A stretch of DNA of 64,000 nt from Calditrichaceae bacterium. GTDB taxonomy: Bacteria > Calditrichota > Calditrichia > Calditrichales > JBFXGD01. The position numbers and the translations under genes are program-made. How positions within the stretch are numbered: the first letter of the stretch is position 1; the number at the start of each line of letters is the position of its first letter. Where the stretch lies: assembly GCA_050173015.1 (NCBI GenBank), contig JBFXLE010000009.1, positions 98,913 through 162,912 on the forward strand, given 5' to 3'. Shown piece after piece: positions 1 through 8,967 of this stretch. The notes below the pieces were generated by a model. The model saw nothing but the letters and a program-made list of their open reading frames with translations, ran no database searches and was not told the origin of the DNA.

Positions 1-292
1 TTTTATCCGGGATTGTAAATATTGCCTTATACCCTCTAACCGCGGCTACAATGGCCAGCCCGGCCCCGGTGTTACCGGATGTGTTCTCGACAATCGTGCC
101 GCCTTTTTTGAGCGCTCCGGTTTTCTCCGCCTTGTTGATGATATGCAGGGCAATACGGTCTTTGATGCTCCCCCCGGGATTCAGAAATTCAAGTTTCGCG
201 TAAACATTTGCTTCGGAAGCGCCGGCTATTTTGTTTAGCCTGACTATTGGTGTCTCACCTATAACATCGAGAATATTATTATATACCTTCAT
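1..292 (-). CDS. PLP-dependent cysteine synthase / cystathionine beta-synthase family protein (N-terminal part; gene runs off the window start)
   Basis: Manual reverse translation from the ATG at 292-290 gives [22 protein letters not shown]...[20 protein letters not shown]...[12 protein letters not shown]. The GGSIKDR lysine motif and the SGNTG loop are hallmarks of the CysK/CBS PLP family. It is absent from the ORF track because the window edge truncates it. Confidence 0.8.
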   Translation of the reverse strand, partial: MKVYNNILDVIGETPIVRLNKIAGASEANVYAKLEFLNPGGSIKDRIALHIINKAEKTGALKKGGTIVENTSGNTGAGLAIVAAVRGYKAIFTIPDK

Positions 293-706
293 CAAAATTC
301 CTCTGAAATAATTTATATAATGCGGATCATTCTGTTTTGAACAACCACAATAATGTGGAAAATAATCCGTATTAGGCTCTAATTAATTTAGATATTAAGT
401 TAAATTTTCTGCTAAAATAAAGGAATCATATGATTTTTGCACAAAAAAGTTTCCCGAAAGTGATATTTTTTTATAAACCTGATGGTATGAATGGATGTTT
501 TTTGATATCTCATGAGGATATCAGCGGGAAATTGACCATTCAGTATATCGGGGAAAATCATGAAAAATATTTTGCGTCATATCCTTCGACAGGCGTATCT
601 TGTCAAACCAAAATCAATTCAAATTAACCGGATGACATCAATTTATTATTCTTACGATTTAAAATAATTATTTATATTTAATCTTTCTGTCAGGAAAGGA
701 AAAAAG

Positions 707-2176
707 ATGATTTATACGCGCATAATATTAATGATTATCATAGGTGTTAACGGATTATTCGCCGCTTCGAAGGTAAGTTTTAATGATTTTTTCGTTGACC
801 GTACCATGAGGATCGATTATTTCCACATCGGAAACGCGGTGGACGATATCATTACAGTTGACCGCATATACATGGGAGGAGTCTGGGCCGGGAATCCGGA
901 TAAACTGGTAGAAACAGTTAATACGGGAAGATATGTTGTCAAAGTATATGATGAAAAATCAGGGGCTCTTATTTATTCAAAAGGCTACGACAGTTATTTT
1001 GGAGAATATAAAACGACCGCTCCGGCGATAAACGGGATTCAGCGTGTTTACCATGAATCAGCCCTGATCCCTTATCCCAAAAACAAAATTTTGTTTACGA
1101 TCGAGGCACGGGATCGACAAAATAATATGAATGTGATTTTTAAAAACGTCGTGGAGCCGGATAACGTCGGGATCATTAGAGAAAACGCGGACAGCCGTAT
1201 AGAGGTGTATGAAATGGTGAAGAATGGAAATCCGCATAAAAAAGTTGATCTTGCTATCATTGCGGAAGGCTACACTGAAAGTGAAAGAGATAAACTTCAA
1301 AAAGATCTCACGCATTTCACCGAAGTATTTTTCAATAATGAGCCTTATAAATCCTATAAAGATCATTTTAACGTATATGGAGTATTCAGACCCTCCGCGG
1401 AATCGGGATGTGATCAGCCGACGCATAATGTTTACCGGAATACAAGTCTGAACGCAACGTTTAACTCTCTGGAATCACCTCGTTATTTGCTCACAGAAGA
1501 CAATAAAAGTTTACATGATATCGCCTCTGCCGTACCTTATGACGCGTTATTGATTATGGTAAATCATGAGCGCTATGGGGGAGGTGGAATTTATAATTTC
1601 TACCTGACTTTTACTACGGACAATGAATGGCGTGACTATGTGTTTTTACATGAATTTGGTCATTCCTTCGCCGGTCTCGCGGATGAATATTACTCATCTT
1701 CGACGGCATACAATGATTTTTATCCGAAGGGAATAGAACCGGTCGAACCCAATATTACGGCGCTGCTGGATCCTGCTAAACTTAAATGGGGCCATTTGGT
1801 CGAAAAAAATATGCCGGTTCCCACACCCTGGGACAAAGATGCCTATGATGGAGCCGAGATGGACTATCAGAAAAGCCGTAGGGACATCAATGAAAAAATT
1901 GCTGAAATGAACCGTCGTGGAGCACCGGAGGAGGAGATAAAAAAAATGCAGGAAACGGCGATCCTTTTATCAAAAGAAAACTCAAAAAAACTGGATTCAT
2001 TGTTGTATAACAGCAGATACAGCGGTAAAGTTGGCGCGTTTGAAGGCGCCGGATATTCATCAAAAGGACTGTACCGGCCGGCTCTTGATTGTACGATGTT
2101 CAGCAAGGGGAAAAAGGGATTTTGCCCCGTATGCCGGGAAGCGATAATCAGAACAATTGAGTATTACACTGAGTAA
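707..2176 (+). CDS. M64 family (IgA-peptidase-like) zinc metallopeptidase, secreted
   Basis: 489-aa ORF with an N-terminal hydrophobic signal and the zinc motif FLHEFGHSFAGLADEY, typical of peptidase M64. Confidence 0.75.
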   Translation: MIYTRIILMIIIGVNGLFAASKVSFNDFFVDRTMRIDYFHIGNAVDDIITVDRIYMGGVWAGNPDKLVETVNTGRYVVKVYDEKSGALIYSKGYDSYFGEYKTTAPAINGIQRVYHESALIPYPKNKILFTIEARDRQNNMNVIFKNVVEPDNVGIIRENADSRIEVYEMVKNGNPHKKVDLAIIAEGYTESERDKLQKDLTHFTEVFFNNEPYKSYKDHFNVYGVFRPSAESGCDQPTHNVYRNTSLNATFNSLESPRYLLTEDNKSLHDIASAVPYDALLIMVNHERYGGGGIYNFYLTFTTDNEWRDYVFLHEFGHSFAGLADEYYSSSTAYNDFYPKGIEPVEPNITALLDPAKLKWGHLVEKNMPVPTPWDKDAYDGAEMDYQKSRRDINEKIAEMNRRGAPEEEIKKMQETAILLSKENSKKLDSLLYNSRYSGKVGAFEGAGYSSKGLYRPALDCTMFSKGKKGFCPVCREAIIRTIEYYTE

Positions 2177-2267
2177 AAGTCCTTTTGGCATAAAAATTTC
2201 AATAAGGTTATCTGAGCCAGCAGGTTAGATAGAGATTAGACGATCAACCAGAGGAGAAGGAACTAGA

Positions 2268-3494
2268 GTGAATCCGGAATATGATGTCATTATTGTCGGT
2301 GGCGGTCCCGCCGGGGCGACTGCCGCGTTATACGCGAAAAGAGCCGGATTAAAAAGCTTGTTATTGGATAAAGACAAATTTCCCAGAGATAAGATCTGCG
2401 GCGACGCTGTTTCGGGAAAATCAATGAATATTCTGAAAGATCTCGGTTTGCTCGAAAAAGCATGCGCTCTGCCCGGCGCGGAAATCAGATCAATTACATT
2501 TGGCAGTCCCGCCGGCACAACGATCAATATCGGCCTGATGAGTGAAAAGCGGAAGGGGATGCCCGGCGGAATGGTCATCCGAAGGGAAGTGTTTGATCAG
2601 TTTTTACTTGCTGAAGCATCAAGAGCCGCGGATCGGGTGATCCAGGGATTTAAGGTTATAGATGTTGTTAAAGAGAACGGATTTGTACGCGGTGTTCGCG
2701 GAATTAATTCTGAAACGGCCAAAGAAGAAGTTTACCGCGGTAAAATAGTCATTGGAGCGGATGGTTTTAATTCGGTTGTGTCACGAAAAACAGGTCTTTA
2801 CCGGCACGAACCCGGCCACCTGATTATTGCCCTGAGACAGTATTATAAAAATGTTTCAGAGTTATCGGATCAGATAGAAATTCATTATTTAAAAGATGTA
2901 CAGCCGGGGTATTTTTGGGTTTTCCCGCTTGATAACGGCACGGCAAACGTTGGAATAGGAATGCTTCATGAAACGATTACAAAACGTAATATTGATCTCA
3001 AACTTTTGCTCAGGAAAGCCATTACAAGTGATAAATTCAAAGATCGTTTCGCGGAGGCGGAGCCGTTGGAGAGCCCAAAAGGCTGGAATCTTCCGATCGC
3101 CAGTAAACACAGAAAAATTCACGGCAATGGATTTCTGCTGATTGGAGACGCCGCGGGATTGATAGACCCGTTTACCGGAGAAGGTATCGGAAACGCCCTA
3201 TACTCCGCAAAAATAGCTGTCCGCTCCGCGGAGAAAGCAATTTCTTTTGATGATTATAGTGAAAAAATGCTTGCAGAATATGATCATCAGCTTTGGAAAA
3301 CAATGGGAAATGAATTTAAAACCAGTACCCGGTTACAAAAAATCGGACGTTTTCACTTCCTTTTAAATTTTGTTATAAACAGAGCAGCGCGCAGCGCTGA
3401 GGTCAGTGAGATTATCAGTGGAATGATGGCAAATCAAATACCAAAAACGAAACTGGCAAATCCGTTTTTTTATTTAAAAATTTTGTTTAGCTAA
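2268..3494 (+). CDS. Geranylgeranyl reductase family FAD-dependent oxidoreductase
   Basis: GTG start. Contains the N-terminal dinucleotide fold [16 protein letters not shown], then GADGFNSVV and [18 protein letters not shown], the typical GG-reductase family pattern. Confidence 0.75.
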   Translation: MNPEYDVIIVGGGPAGATAALYAKRAGLKSLLLDKDKFPRDKICGDAVSGKSMNILKDLGLLEKACALPGAEIRSITFGSPAGTTINIGLMSEKRKGMPGGMVIRREVFDQFLLAEASRAADRVIQGFKVIDVVKENGFVRGVRGINSETAKEEVYRGKIVIGADGFNSVVSRKTGLYRHEPGHLIIALRQYYKNVSELSDQIEIHYLKDVQPGYFWVFPLDNGTANVGIGMLHETITKRNIDLKLLLRKAITSDKFKDRFAEAEPLESPKGWNLPIASKHRKIHGNGFLLIGDAAGLIDPFTGEGIGNALYSAKIAVRSAEKAISFDDYSEKMLAEYDHQLWKTMGNEFKTSTRLQKIGRFHFLLNFVINRAARSAEVSEIISGMMANQIPKTKLANPFFYLKILFS

Positions 3495-3508
3495 ATTTTA
3501 TATCATTT

Positions 3509-3958
3509 ATGATAAGGATATCTAAAATGGAAGAATCTCATTACAGAAAACTCGAAAAAATGTATGCTTCGGCTCCGATCAACCATTTCTATCACCCTGA
3601 AATGGTGGTTAGTAATGGAATAAGTGAGATTACAATAACAAACCGTCCGGATTTCTTTCATGCCGCCCACGCGGTCCACGGCTCCGTATATTTTAAGATG
3701 CTGGATGACGCCGCTTTCTTTGCGGTCAATTCGCTTGTGCCCGATGTATTTGTGCTGACGGTATCATTTAATATCTATCTGATCAGACCTGTAACAGAAG
3801 GACAATTAATCTCCAGGGGCCGCGTTGTGAACGAATCTAAGCGTCTTTATATTGCCGAGTCAGAATTATATGATTCTGAGGGAAGAATCATCGCCCGCGG
3901 CAGCGGAACCTTTATGAAGAGTAAAATACCATTGTCCGCGGAAGTTGGTTACAGATAA
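3509..3958 (+). CDS. PaaI-family hotdog-fold thioesterase
   Basis: 149 aa. The HGSVYFKMLDDAAFFA segment resembles the PaaI/uncharacterized-domain-1 thioesterase core. The true start may be the internal Met at 3527. Confidence 0.55.
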   Translation: MIRISKMEESHYRKLEKMYASAPINHFYHPEMVVSNGISEITITNRPDFFHAAHAVHGSVYFKMLDDAAFFAVNSLVPDVFVLTVSFNIYLIRPVTEGQLISRGRVVNESKRLYIAESELYDSEGRIIARGSGTFMKSKIPLSAEVGYR

Positions 3959-4155
3959 TTTTCATCTTTTAATTGTTTTAAGAGCTGAGGCAAAATTGAC
4001 TATCAGTGTTTTTGATTTTTCTGACAAACTTGTTAAATTCAATAAAGAAGACCAATGGATTTGCACCGGTTCTGAAGAATGTGTTTCAGGTATATTATAT
4101 CCGATAATTTTAAGATTAAAACAGCAAAATAAATTTTCGAGAATGAGGAGAAATC

Positions 4156-5004
4156 ATGATCAAACGTATATTAGTACCCCTTGATCCGTCGCCTTACACC
4201 GATAAAGTGATAGAACTCGCCTGTAAACTGGCCAAAAACAATAAAGCTGAATTAACCGGACTGGTAATTCTTGATATACCCGGTATTGAAAAATCAATTG
4301 GACCGGTACCGGCGGGAGCGCTTTATTATGCTGAAAAACTGGAAAAGAAAAAAGAAACGCAGGCCTCAGAAAGAATAAAGGCGCTTCTTGAAAAATTCGT
4401 AGAATCCTGCAAAGCCTCCGGCGTCACTTGTCATACCGCTCATTCCCAGGGAAGCCCGAGCGAAAGAATTATCGCGGAATCAATATACTATGACGCCATC
4501 ATGGTGGGGCTGCGTACTTTTTACCACTTCCAGGCGGATGACAGGCCCGGGGATTCGCTCACCGAGATCATGAACCATTCAATTACTCCGGTTTATGGAG
4601 TCCCTGAAACATTTTCGGTGCCCGATATCCCTGCCGAAAAACTGAAAGTTCTACTGGCGTTTGACGGAAGTCTGCCGGCGGCAAGGGCCATGCAACGGCT
4701 GGCCCAGTTAGCCAACGCCGATTTAATGGAAGTGATGATTTTGACATCAAACGCGAACAAAGAGACGGCGGATTACTACCTGGATAATGCCGAAGCTTAT
4801 CTCAGGGCGCATAACTTCAAAAATATTCAAAAGACCCGGATTACCGGGAATATTATAGACGCGGTTGAAAAGAAATATCTGGATTGGGCGCACGTCGTGG
4901 TAGTCGGAGCTCACTCAAAGCAGGGTATCTTTGATTTTATGCTTGGGAGTTTGACCAAATTTCTGATCAAGGCAGATAAAAAACCCGTAATCATCGGGCA
5001 GTAG
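4156..5004 (+). CDS. Universal stress protein, tandem UspA domains
   Basis: 282 aa. It starts MIKRILVPLDPS and ends VVVGAHSKQGIFDFMLGSLTKFLIKADKKPVII. Both halves show the Usp pattern. Confidence 0.7.
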   Translation: MIKRILVPLDPSPYTDKVIELACKLAKNNKAELTGLVILDIPGIEKSIGPVPAGALYYAEKLEKKKETQASERIKALLEKFVESCKASGVTCHTAHSQGSPSERIIAESIYYDAIMVGLRTFYHFQADDRPGDSLTEIMNHSITPVYGVPETFSVPDIPAEKLKVLLAFDGSLPAARAMQRLAQLANADLMEVMILTSNANKETADYYLDNAEAYLRAHNFKNIQKTRITGNIIDAVEKKYLDWAHVVVVGAHSKQGIFDFMLGSLTKFLIKADKKPVIIGQ

Positions 5005-5064
5005 ATTTGTAAGAATGAAAGCGACTAATCGTATAAAATTTATTTTTTCGGCACTAAGCGATAA

Positions 5065-6786
5065 ATGAAAAATTTAATTTATTGTAATCCCGGAGTTTAT
5101 AAAAGGAACATGTTTATGAAAAATATTTTATCCTTAATGATGATAACGGTAACCGGATTAACAATTTTCTCGTGCGGCGGGAAACAAGGTGATGAGGTAC
5201 CTATGCTTCAGCAGAAAATTAACCAGTTCGCGTCAACCGAACTAAAATATGATGAATCTCTTCTCGACGACCGCCAAAAAATGGTCGTTGAAAAACTATT
5301 CATGGCGGCAAAAATCATGGATGAAATATACCTGGATCAAGTATATTCAAAAAATAATGATCTAAAAGCAACCCTTATGGAGGCTACAGACGAAAACAGC
5401 CGGCTCATCCTTGATTATTTTGACATCATGTTTGGTCCCTTTGACCGGCTGGACCATGATAAGCCATTTTACGGAAATGCCTCCAAACCCGCGGGCGCGA
5501 ATTTTTATCCGGAAGATATGACCAAGGAAGAATTTCAGGAATGGTTAAAAAATCATCCCGAAGATGAGCCGGCCTTTACATCGGAATTCACCGTCATCCG
5601 TCGGGATGGGGACAAACTTGTTGCCATTCCCTATTCAGAATATTATAAAGAGCCTTTGAGCAGAGCGGCAAAATATCTTCGCCAGGCCGCGGAATATGCC
5701 GATAACGCTTCCCTTAAAAAATATCTGATCACCCGGGCGGATGGATTTGAATCAAATGATTATTTCGAGAGTGACATGGCCTGGATGGATTTAAAAGATC
5801 ATTCTATCGAGTTCATCATTGGTCCCTATGAAGTTTACGAAGACGAATTATTTAACTATAAAGCATCCTTTGAGAGCTTTCTGACCTTGAAAGATCCTGC
5901 TGAAAGCGCGAAACTGGCTGTTTTTGGCAGTTATCTGAATGATATCGAAAAGAATTTGCCAATCCCCGATGAATATAAAAATTTTAGCAGAGGCAGTGAG
6001 TCACCCATTATGGTGGTCCAGGAAGTTTTTTCAGCAGGCGATACAAAGGCGGGAGTCCAGACTCTGGCATTCAATCTGCCCAATGATGAGAGAGTGCGTG
6101 AAGCCAAAGGGTCAAAAAAAGTGATGCTGAAGAATATGCATGAAGCAAAATATAATAAATTACTGTTACCGATCGCCGAGCTGATTATCGCTCCGGATCA
6201 GCTTCAGTATGTCAGTTTTGATGGTTTTTTCAATCATACTTTGATGCATGAGATGTCCCACGGAGTCGGACCGGGCAAAATCACTATTAATGGAAAACAG
6301 ACTGAGGTCAAAAAAGAACTCAAGGAAACCTATTCCAAGCTGGAAGAATGTAAAGCTGATCTCCTTGGTATGTATAACAATATGTTTATGATCAGTAAGG
6401 GCGTTTATCCCGAATCATTTGAAAAGGAAACATGGGTCACATTCCTCGCCGGTACATTTCGCTCAGTACGGTTTGGTATCAATGAAGCGCACGGCGCCGG
6501 CAACGCGATTATTTATAATTTCCTTCTGGAAAAAGGCGCGTATGCATATGATGAGGCAAGCCAGAAAGTCAGCGTCAATTTTGACCGGATATATGATGTG
6601 GTCACCGAGCTTTCTTCTCTTATATTGACAATCCAGGCGGAAGGTGATTATGAAGGGGCAAAAAAACTGATCGAAACATACGCGGTTGAGACACCTTCAA
6701 TGAAAACGCTCAGAGAAAAATTGACCGTGCTTCCGGTTGATATTAAACCGGTCTTCCAGATAGAGAAAACCCTGGCGTCGCGATAG
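5065..6786 (+). CDS. M49 (dipeptidyl-peptidase III)-like zinc peptidase, probable lipoprotein
   Basis: Has HEMSHG (HExxH) plus the downstream EECKAD motif (the EExK/RAE/D second zinc motif of M49). The lipobox-like LTIFSCGG lies near the N-terminus. The real start is probably an internal Met near 5110. Confidence 0.6.
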   Translation: MKNLIYCNPGVYKRNMFMKNILSLMMITVTGLTIFSCGGKQGDEVPMLQQKINQFASTELKYDESLLDDRQKMVVEKLFMAAKIMDEIYLDQVYSKNNDLKATLMEATDENSRLILDYFDIMFGPFDRLDHDKPFYGNASKPAGANFYPEDMTKEEFQEWLKNHPEDEPAFTSEFTVIRRDGDKLVAIPYSEYYKEPLSRAAKYLRQAAEYADNASLKKYLITRADGFESNDYFESDMAWMDLKDHSIEFIIGPYEVYEDELFNYKASFESFLTLKDPAESAKLAVFGSYLNDIEKNLPIPDEYKNFSRGSESPIMVVQEVFSAGDTKAGVQTLAFNLPNDERVREAKGSKKVMLKNMHEAKYNKLLLPIAELIIAPDQLQYVSFDGFFNHTLMHEMSHGVGPGKITINGKQTEVKKELKETYSKLEECKADLLGMYNNMFMISKGVYPESFEKETWVTFLAGTFRSVRFGINEAHGAGNAIIYNFLLEKGAYAYDEASQKVSVNFDRIYDVVTELSSLILTIQAEGDYEGAKKLIETYAVETPSMKTLREKLTVLPVDIKPVFQIEKTLASR

Positions 6787-6864
6787 CGGGTTACTTATCT
6801 GTTATACGCCGGTATCGACATAAGTATTGTATATAAGTTATAAACCGGAGGTTTGTCTTTTTGA

Positions 6865-7130
6865 AGACTCAGGGGTGGAAAGTATTCTGCCACAAGCATA
6901 GCAAATATTTTAAAAAAATCAGCTCAAAAAGCAGGAATAACAAAAACGATAACGCCGCCTACGCGGCGTTCTTGTTTTGCGACGCGGTTGCTTGCGCAGG
7001 GTAGGGATTTAAGGTATATTCAGGAGTAGTTAGGTCAAAATAGTCCCGGGAAGACTGAACTGCACCCGTTTCGAATAAGTCTATTGATTGAATAAGGAAT
7101 TCTGTTGATGATATTTTTGAAAAGGATTAG
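6865..7130 (+). pseudogene. 3' vestige of a tyrosine recombinase (integrase) gene, reading towards the cassette array
   Basis: The frame starting at 6865 reads ...GGKYSATSIANILKKSAQKAGITKTITPPTRRSCFATRLLAQGRDLRYIQE*LGQNSPGKTELH. After a frame shift it continues PVSNKSID*IRNSVDDIFEKD*. This parallels the box II C-terminus of Xer/integrase proteins (HTLRHSFATHLLE.G.DLRYIQELLGH...TTEIYTHVSNK...). It contains stops, has lost the His/Arg positions, and the catalytic Tyr codon is deleted. About three quarters of the gene is missing upstream. Confidence 0.7.
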
Positions 7131-7220
7131 TTAATTGTAAAAAAAATATATAAACAATGGTTCATACACCGCCAATTTGGGGGGATAAGAACAATGGGAT
7201 ATATACGAACGTTATGGGCA
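6951..7220 (+). repeat. Scaffold repeat copy 1: integrase vestige, hairpin, then GTT core (attI-like junction)
   Basis: About 270 bp that aligns with 11399-11669 and 20268-20540. It starts with the perfect hairpin AACGCCGC-ctac-GCGGCGTT followed by cttgtttt. It ends with the hairpin aatggttc..ccgccaatttgggggg..gaacaat and then GTTATGG at 7211. Confidence 0.85.
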
Positions 7221-7342
7221 AGGCAATGAAAGAAAACGCAATGGGAGTAATATTGTCAGGAAATAGAAAGTTGGAGACTAAAAATAGCTAATATAGATGA
7301 ATGTTTTGAGAAAATAAAAATAGATTCTAAAGAGAAAATATT

Positions 7343-7849
7343 ATGAGTATATACACAGATAAAACATATGTTGCTTTTGATGCTGATAATGATATCCACT
7401 ACTACAGATTGATGCAAGCTTGGAAAAAAAATGATAATTCTTCATTTAACTTTTATGATGCTCACGATTTGAATAATTTGATGTCTTGGTCTTCAGAAGA
7501 AACAATAAAAGCGAGACTTGCTGAAAGAATGAAAAACTCAAAAGTCTTTATTTTACTTGTAGGAAATAACACAAAATTTCTATACAAATTTGTTCGATGG
7601 GAAATTGATCAAGCTTTAAAAAGAGAAAAACCTATTATAGTTGTTAACTTAAATAAAAAGAGAAGCAGGGATACCGAACGATGTCCTGCTATTTTAAATA
7701 GTGAATTAGCGGTTCATATAAGTTTTAATCAAAAGATAATTGAATACGCAATAAATAATTGGCCTAGCTCTGAGGAGTATTACCGTAAGAACAATGAAAA
7801 AGGAGATTATTATTACAAAGATTCTGTTTATAAAGAATTAGGAATATGA
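7343..7849 (+). CDS. thsB: ThsB-like TIR domain protein (DUF1863/MTH538 TIR-like), type II Thoeris
   Basis: 168 aa. KTYVAFDADND...SKVFILLVGNNTKF..FVRWEIDQALKREKPIIVVNL matches the DUF1863 TIR-like pattern, including the conserved WEI glutamate. Its stop overlaps the next start (ATGA). Confidence 0.7.
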   Translation: MSIYTDKTYVAFDADNDIHYYRLMQAWKKNDNSSFNFYDAHDLNNLMSWSSEETIKARLAERMKNSKVFILLVGNNTKFLYKFVRWEIDQALKREKPIIVVNLNKKRSRDTERCPAILNSELAVHISFNQKIIEYAINNWPSSEEYYRKNNEKGDYYYKDSVYKELGI

Positions 7850-8751
7850 AAATGGGTATTTACAGATGGTTGTCGAAATATAAATCTATCCTTACAGATT
7901 TGATGTCTGGTATAGGCCTTTTTTGGCTATTTGTTGAAATAGCAAGTTATTCGACAAATGGACAAATTGACAAATACACGAAAAGCATAGCTTTTTTCTT
8001 AGTAGGGTTTGTATTAATCATTATTATAGTGCTAATAAAAAATAGGCCTAGAACATCTTTTTCCTATAAATTACGAGATAAAGATAATTTCATAGAAGTT
8101 AAAGTAGGTGATGCTTTTGATAATAATGGAGCTTTAATAATTCCATTCAATAATTATCTTGATGTATCTCTCGGTGGTAATGTAAAAAAGGCTAATAGTC
8201 TGCAAAACAAACTTATAAAACAATATTATTTTGATAAAGAAGAACATTTAGTTCAAGATATTTTAAAAAAAACAAATCTAACTGCACCATTTGATATTGG
8301 TACGACTGTAGAAATTGAACAAAAAGGTAAAAGTTTTTTTCTACTAGTTAATTCTCATAAAAAAGAAAATAACCGAGTTGTATCGACAGTTGATGACTTC
8401 TTATTGAGTTTATCGAAGGTTTGGGATTTCATTGCTTTGGAATCCGGAAGAAAAAGTATAGTAACAATTCCAATAATAAGTACAAATCACGGCAGAATAA
8501 CAGACTTAAACAGAATGAATGCGATAAAAGAAATTATTAATAGCTACGTTGAGGCTTCAAAGTTTCTAAATATTGCAGATAAATTGATAATCAGCATTTT
8601 TCCAGACGATATAAATAAAGGAAATATTAAACTTGATGAAGTAGATGAATATTTAAAGTTTCAGTGTAATCATTATAGAAAAGTTCATTTTTCACCTAAA
8701 CTAGAAGGTAAAGAAGTAAGTCCTTCAGTTACAAAGGGTATTAATAATTAA
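7846..8751 (+). CDS. thsA: ThsA-like effector: two N-terminal TM helices plus a Macro-like domain (type II Thoeris)
   Basis: 301 aa. Two hydrophobic helices (GIGLFWLFVEIASY and IAFFLVGFVLIIIIVLI) are followed by IEVKVGDAFDNNGALIIPFNN, which resembles the Macro-domain start (GDIT...AIVNAAN). It is translationally coupled to the TIR gene. Confidence 0.6.
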   Translation: MKMGIYRWLSKYKSILTDLMSGIGLFWLFVEIASYSTNGQIDKYTKSIAFFLVGFVLIIIIVLIKNRPRTSFSYKLRDKDNFIEVKVGDAFDNNGALIIPFNNYLDVSLGGNVKKANSLQNKLIKQYYFDKEEHLVQDILKKTNLTAPFDIGTTVEIEQKGKSFFLLVNSHKKENNRVVSTVDDFLLSLSKVWDFIALESGRKSIVTIPIISTNHGRITDLNRMNAIKEIINSYVEASKFLNIADKLIISIFPDDINKGNIKLDEVDEYLKFQCNHYRKVHFSPKLEGKEVSPSVTKGINN

Positions 8752-8811
8752 TTACAAGAATAATAGGAAATACAATAGGAAATTTTAATTAAGGAAATTA
8801 AGAAGCCCAGC

Positions 8812-8942
8812 CCATAACAATGCATATACTTTATGGCGGGTTCCGTTATGAAAATGAGTATTTTAGTTTCAAATATAAATCAGTGTGGACAGAAAGATTT
8901 GTCTTCCAAAGTCCGCCACAAAGCATATGCTTCCCGTTATGC
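8812..8942 (+). repeat. attC-like site 1
   Basis: The left arm cATAACaatgcatatactttatggcgg pairs with the right arm ccgccacaaagcatatgcttcccGTTATgc. It is an imperfect inverted repeat with a bulge and about 75 bp of variable centre. Confidence 0.65.
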
Positions 8943-8967
8943 ACAAGCTAAAAAAAGAATATAGTTA

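Noticed and set aside
430-627. 65-aa ORF in the divergent intergenic region between the CysK-like gene and the M64 peptidase gene.
   Set aside because: A weak AAGGA lies upstream, but there is no recognisable motif and the composition is typical of a promoter region. There is not enough support to call it a gene, though it cannot be excluded.
3945-4184. 79-aa ORF between the thioesterase and Usp genes.
   Set aside because: It overlaps both neighbours' ends, has no motif, and its sequence reads as low-complexity intergenic translation.
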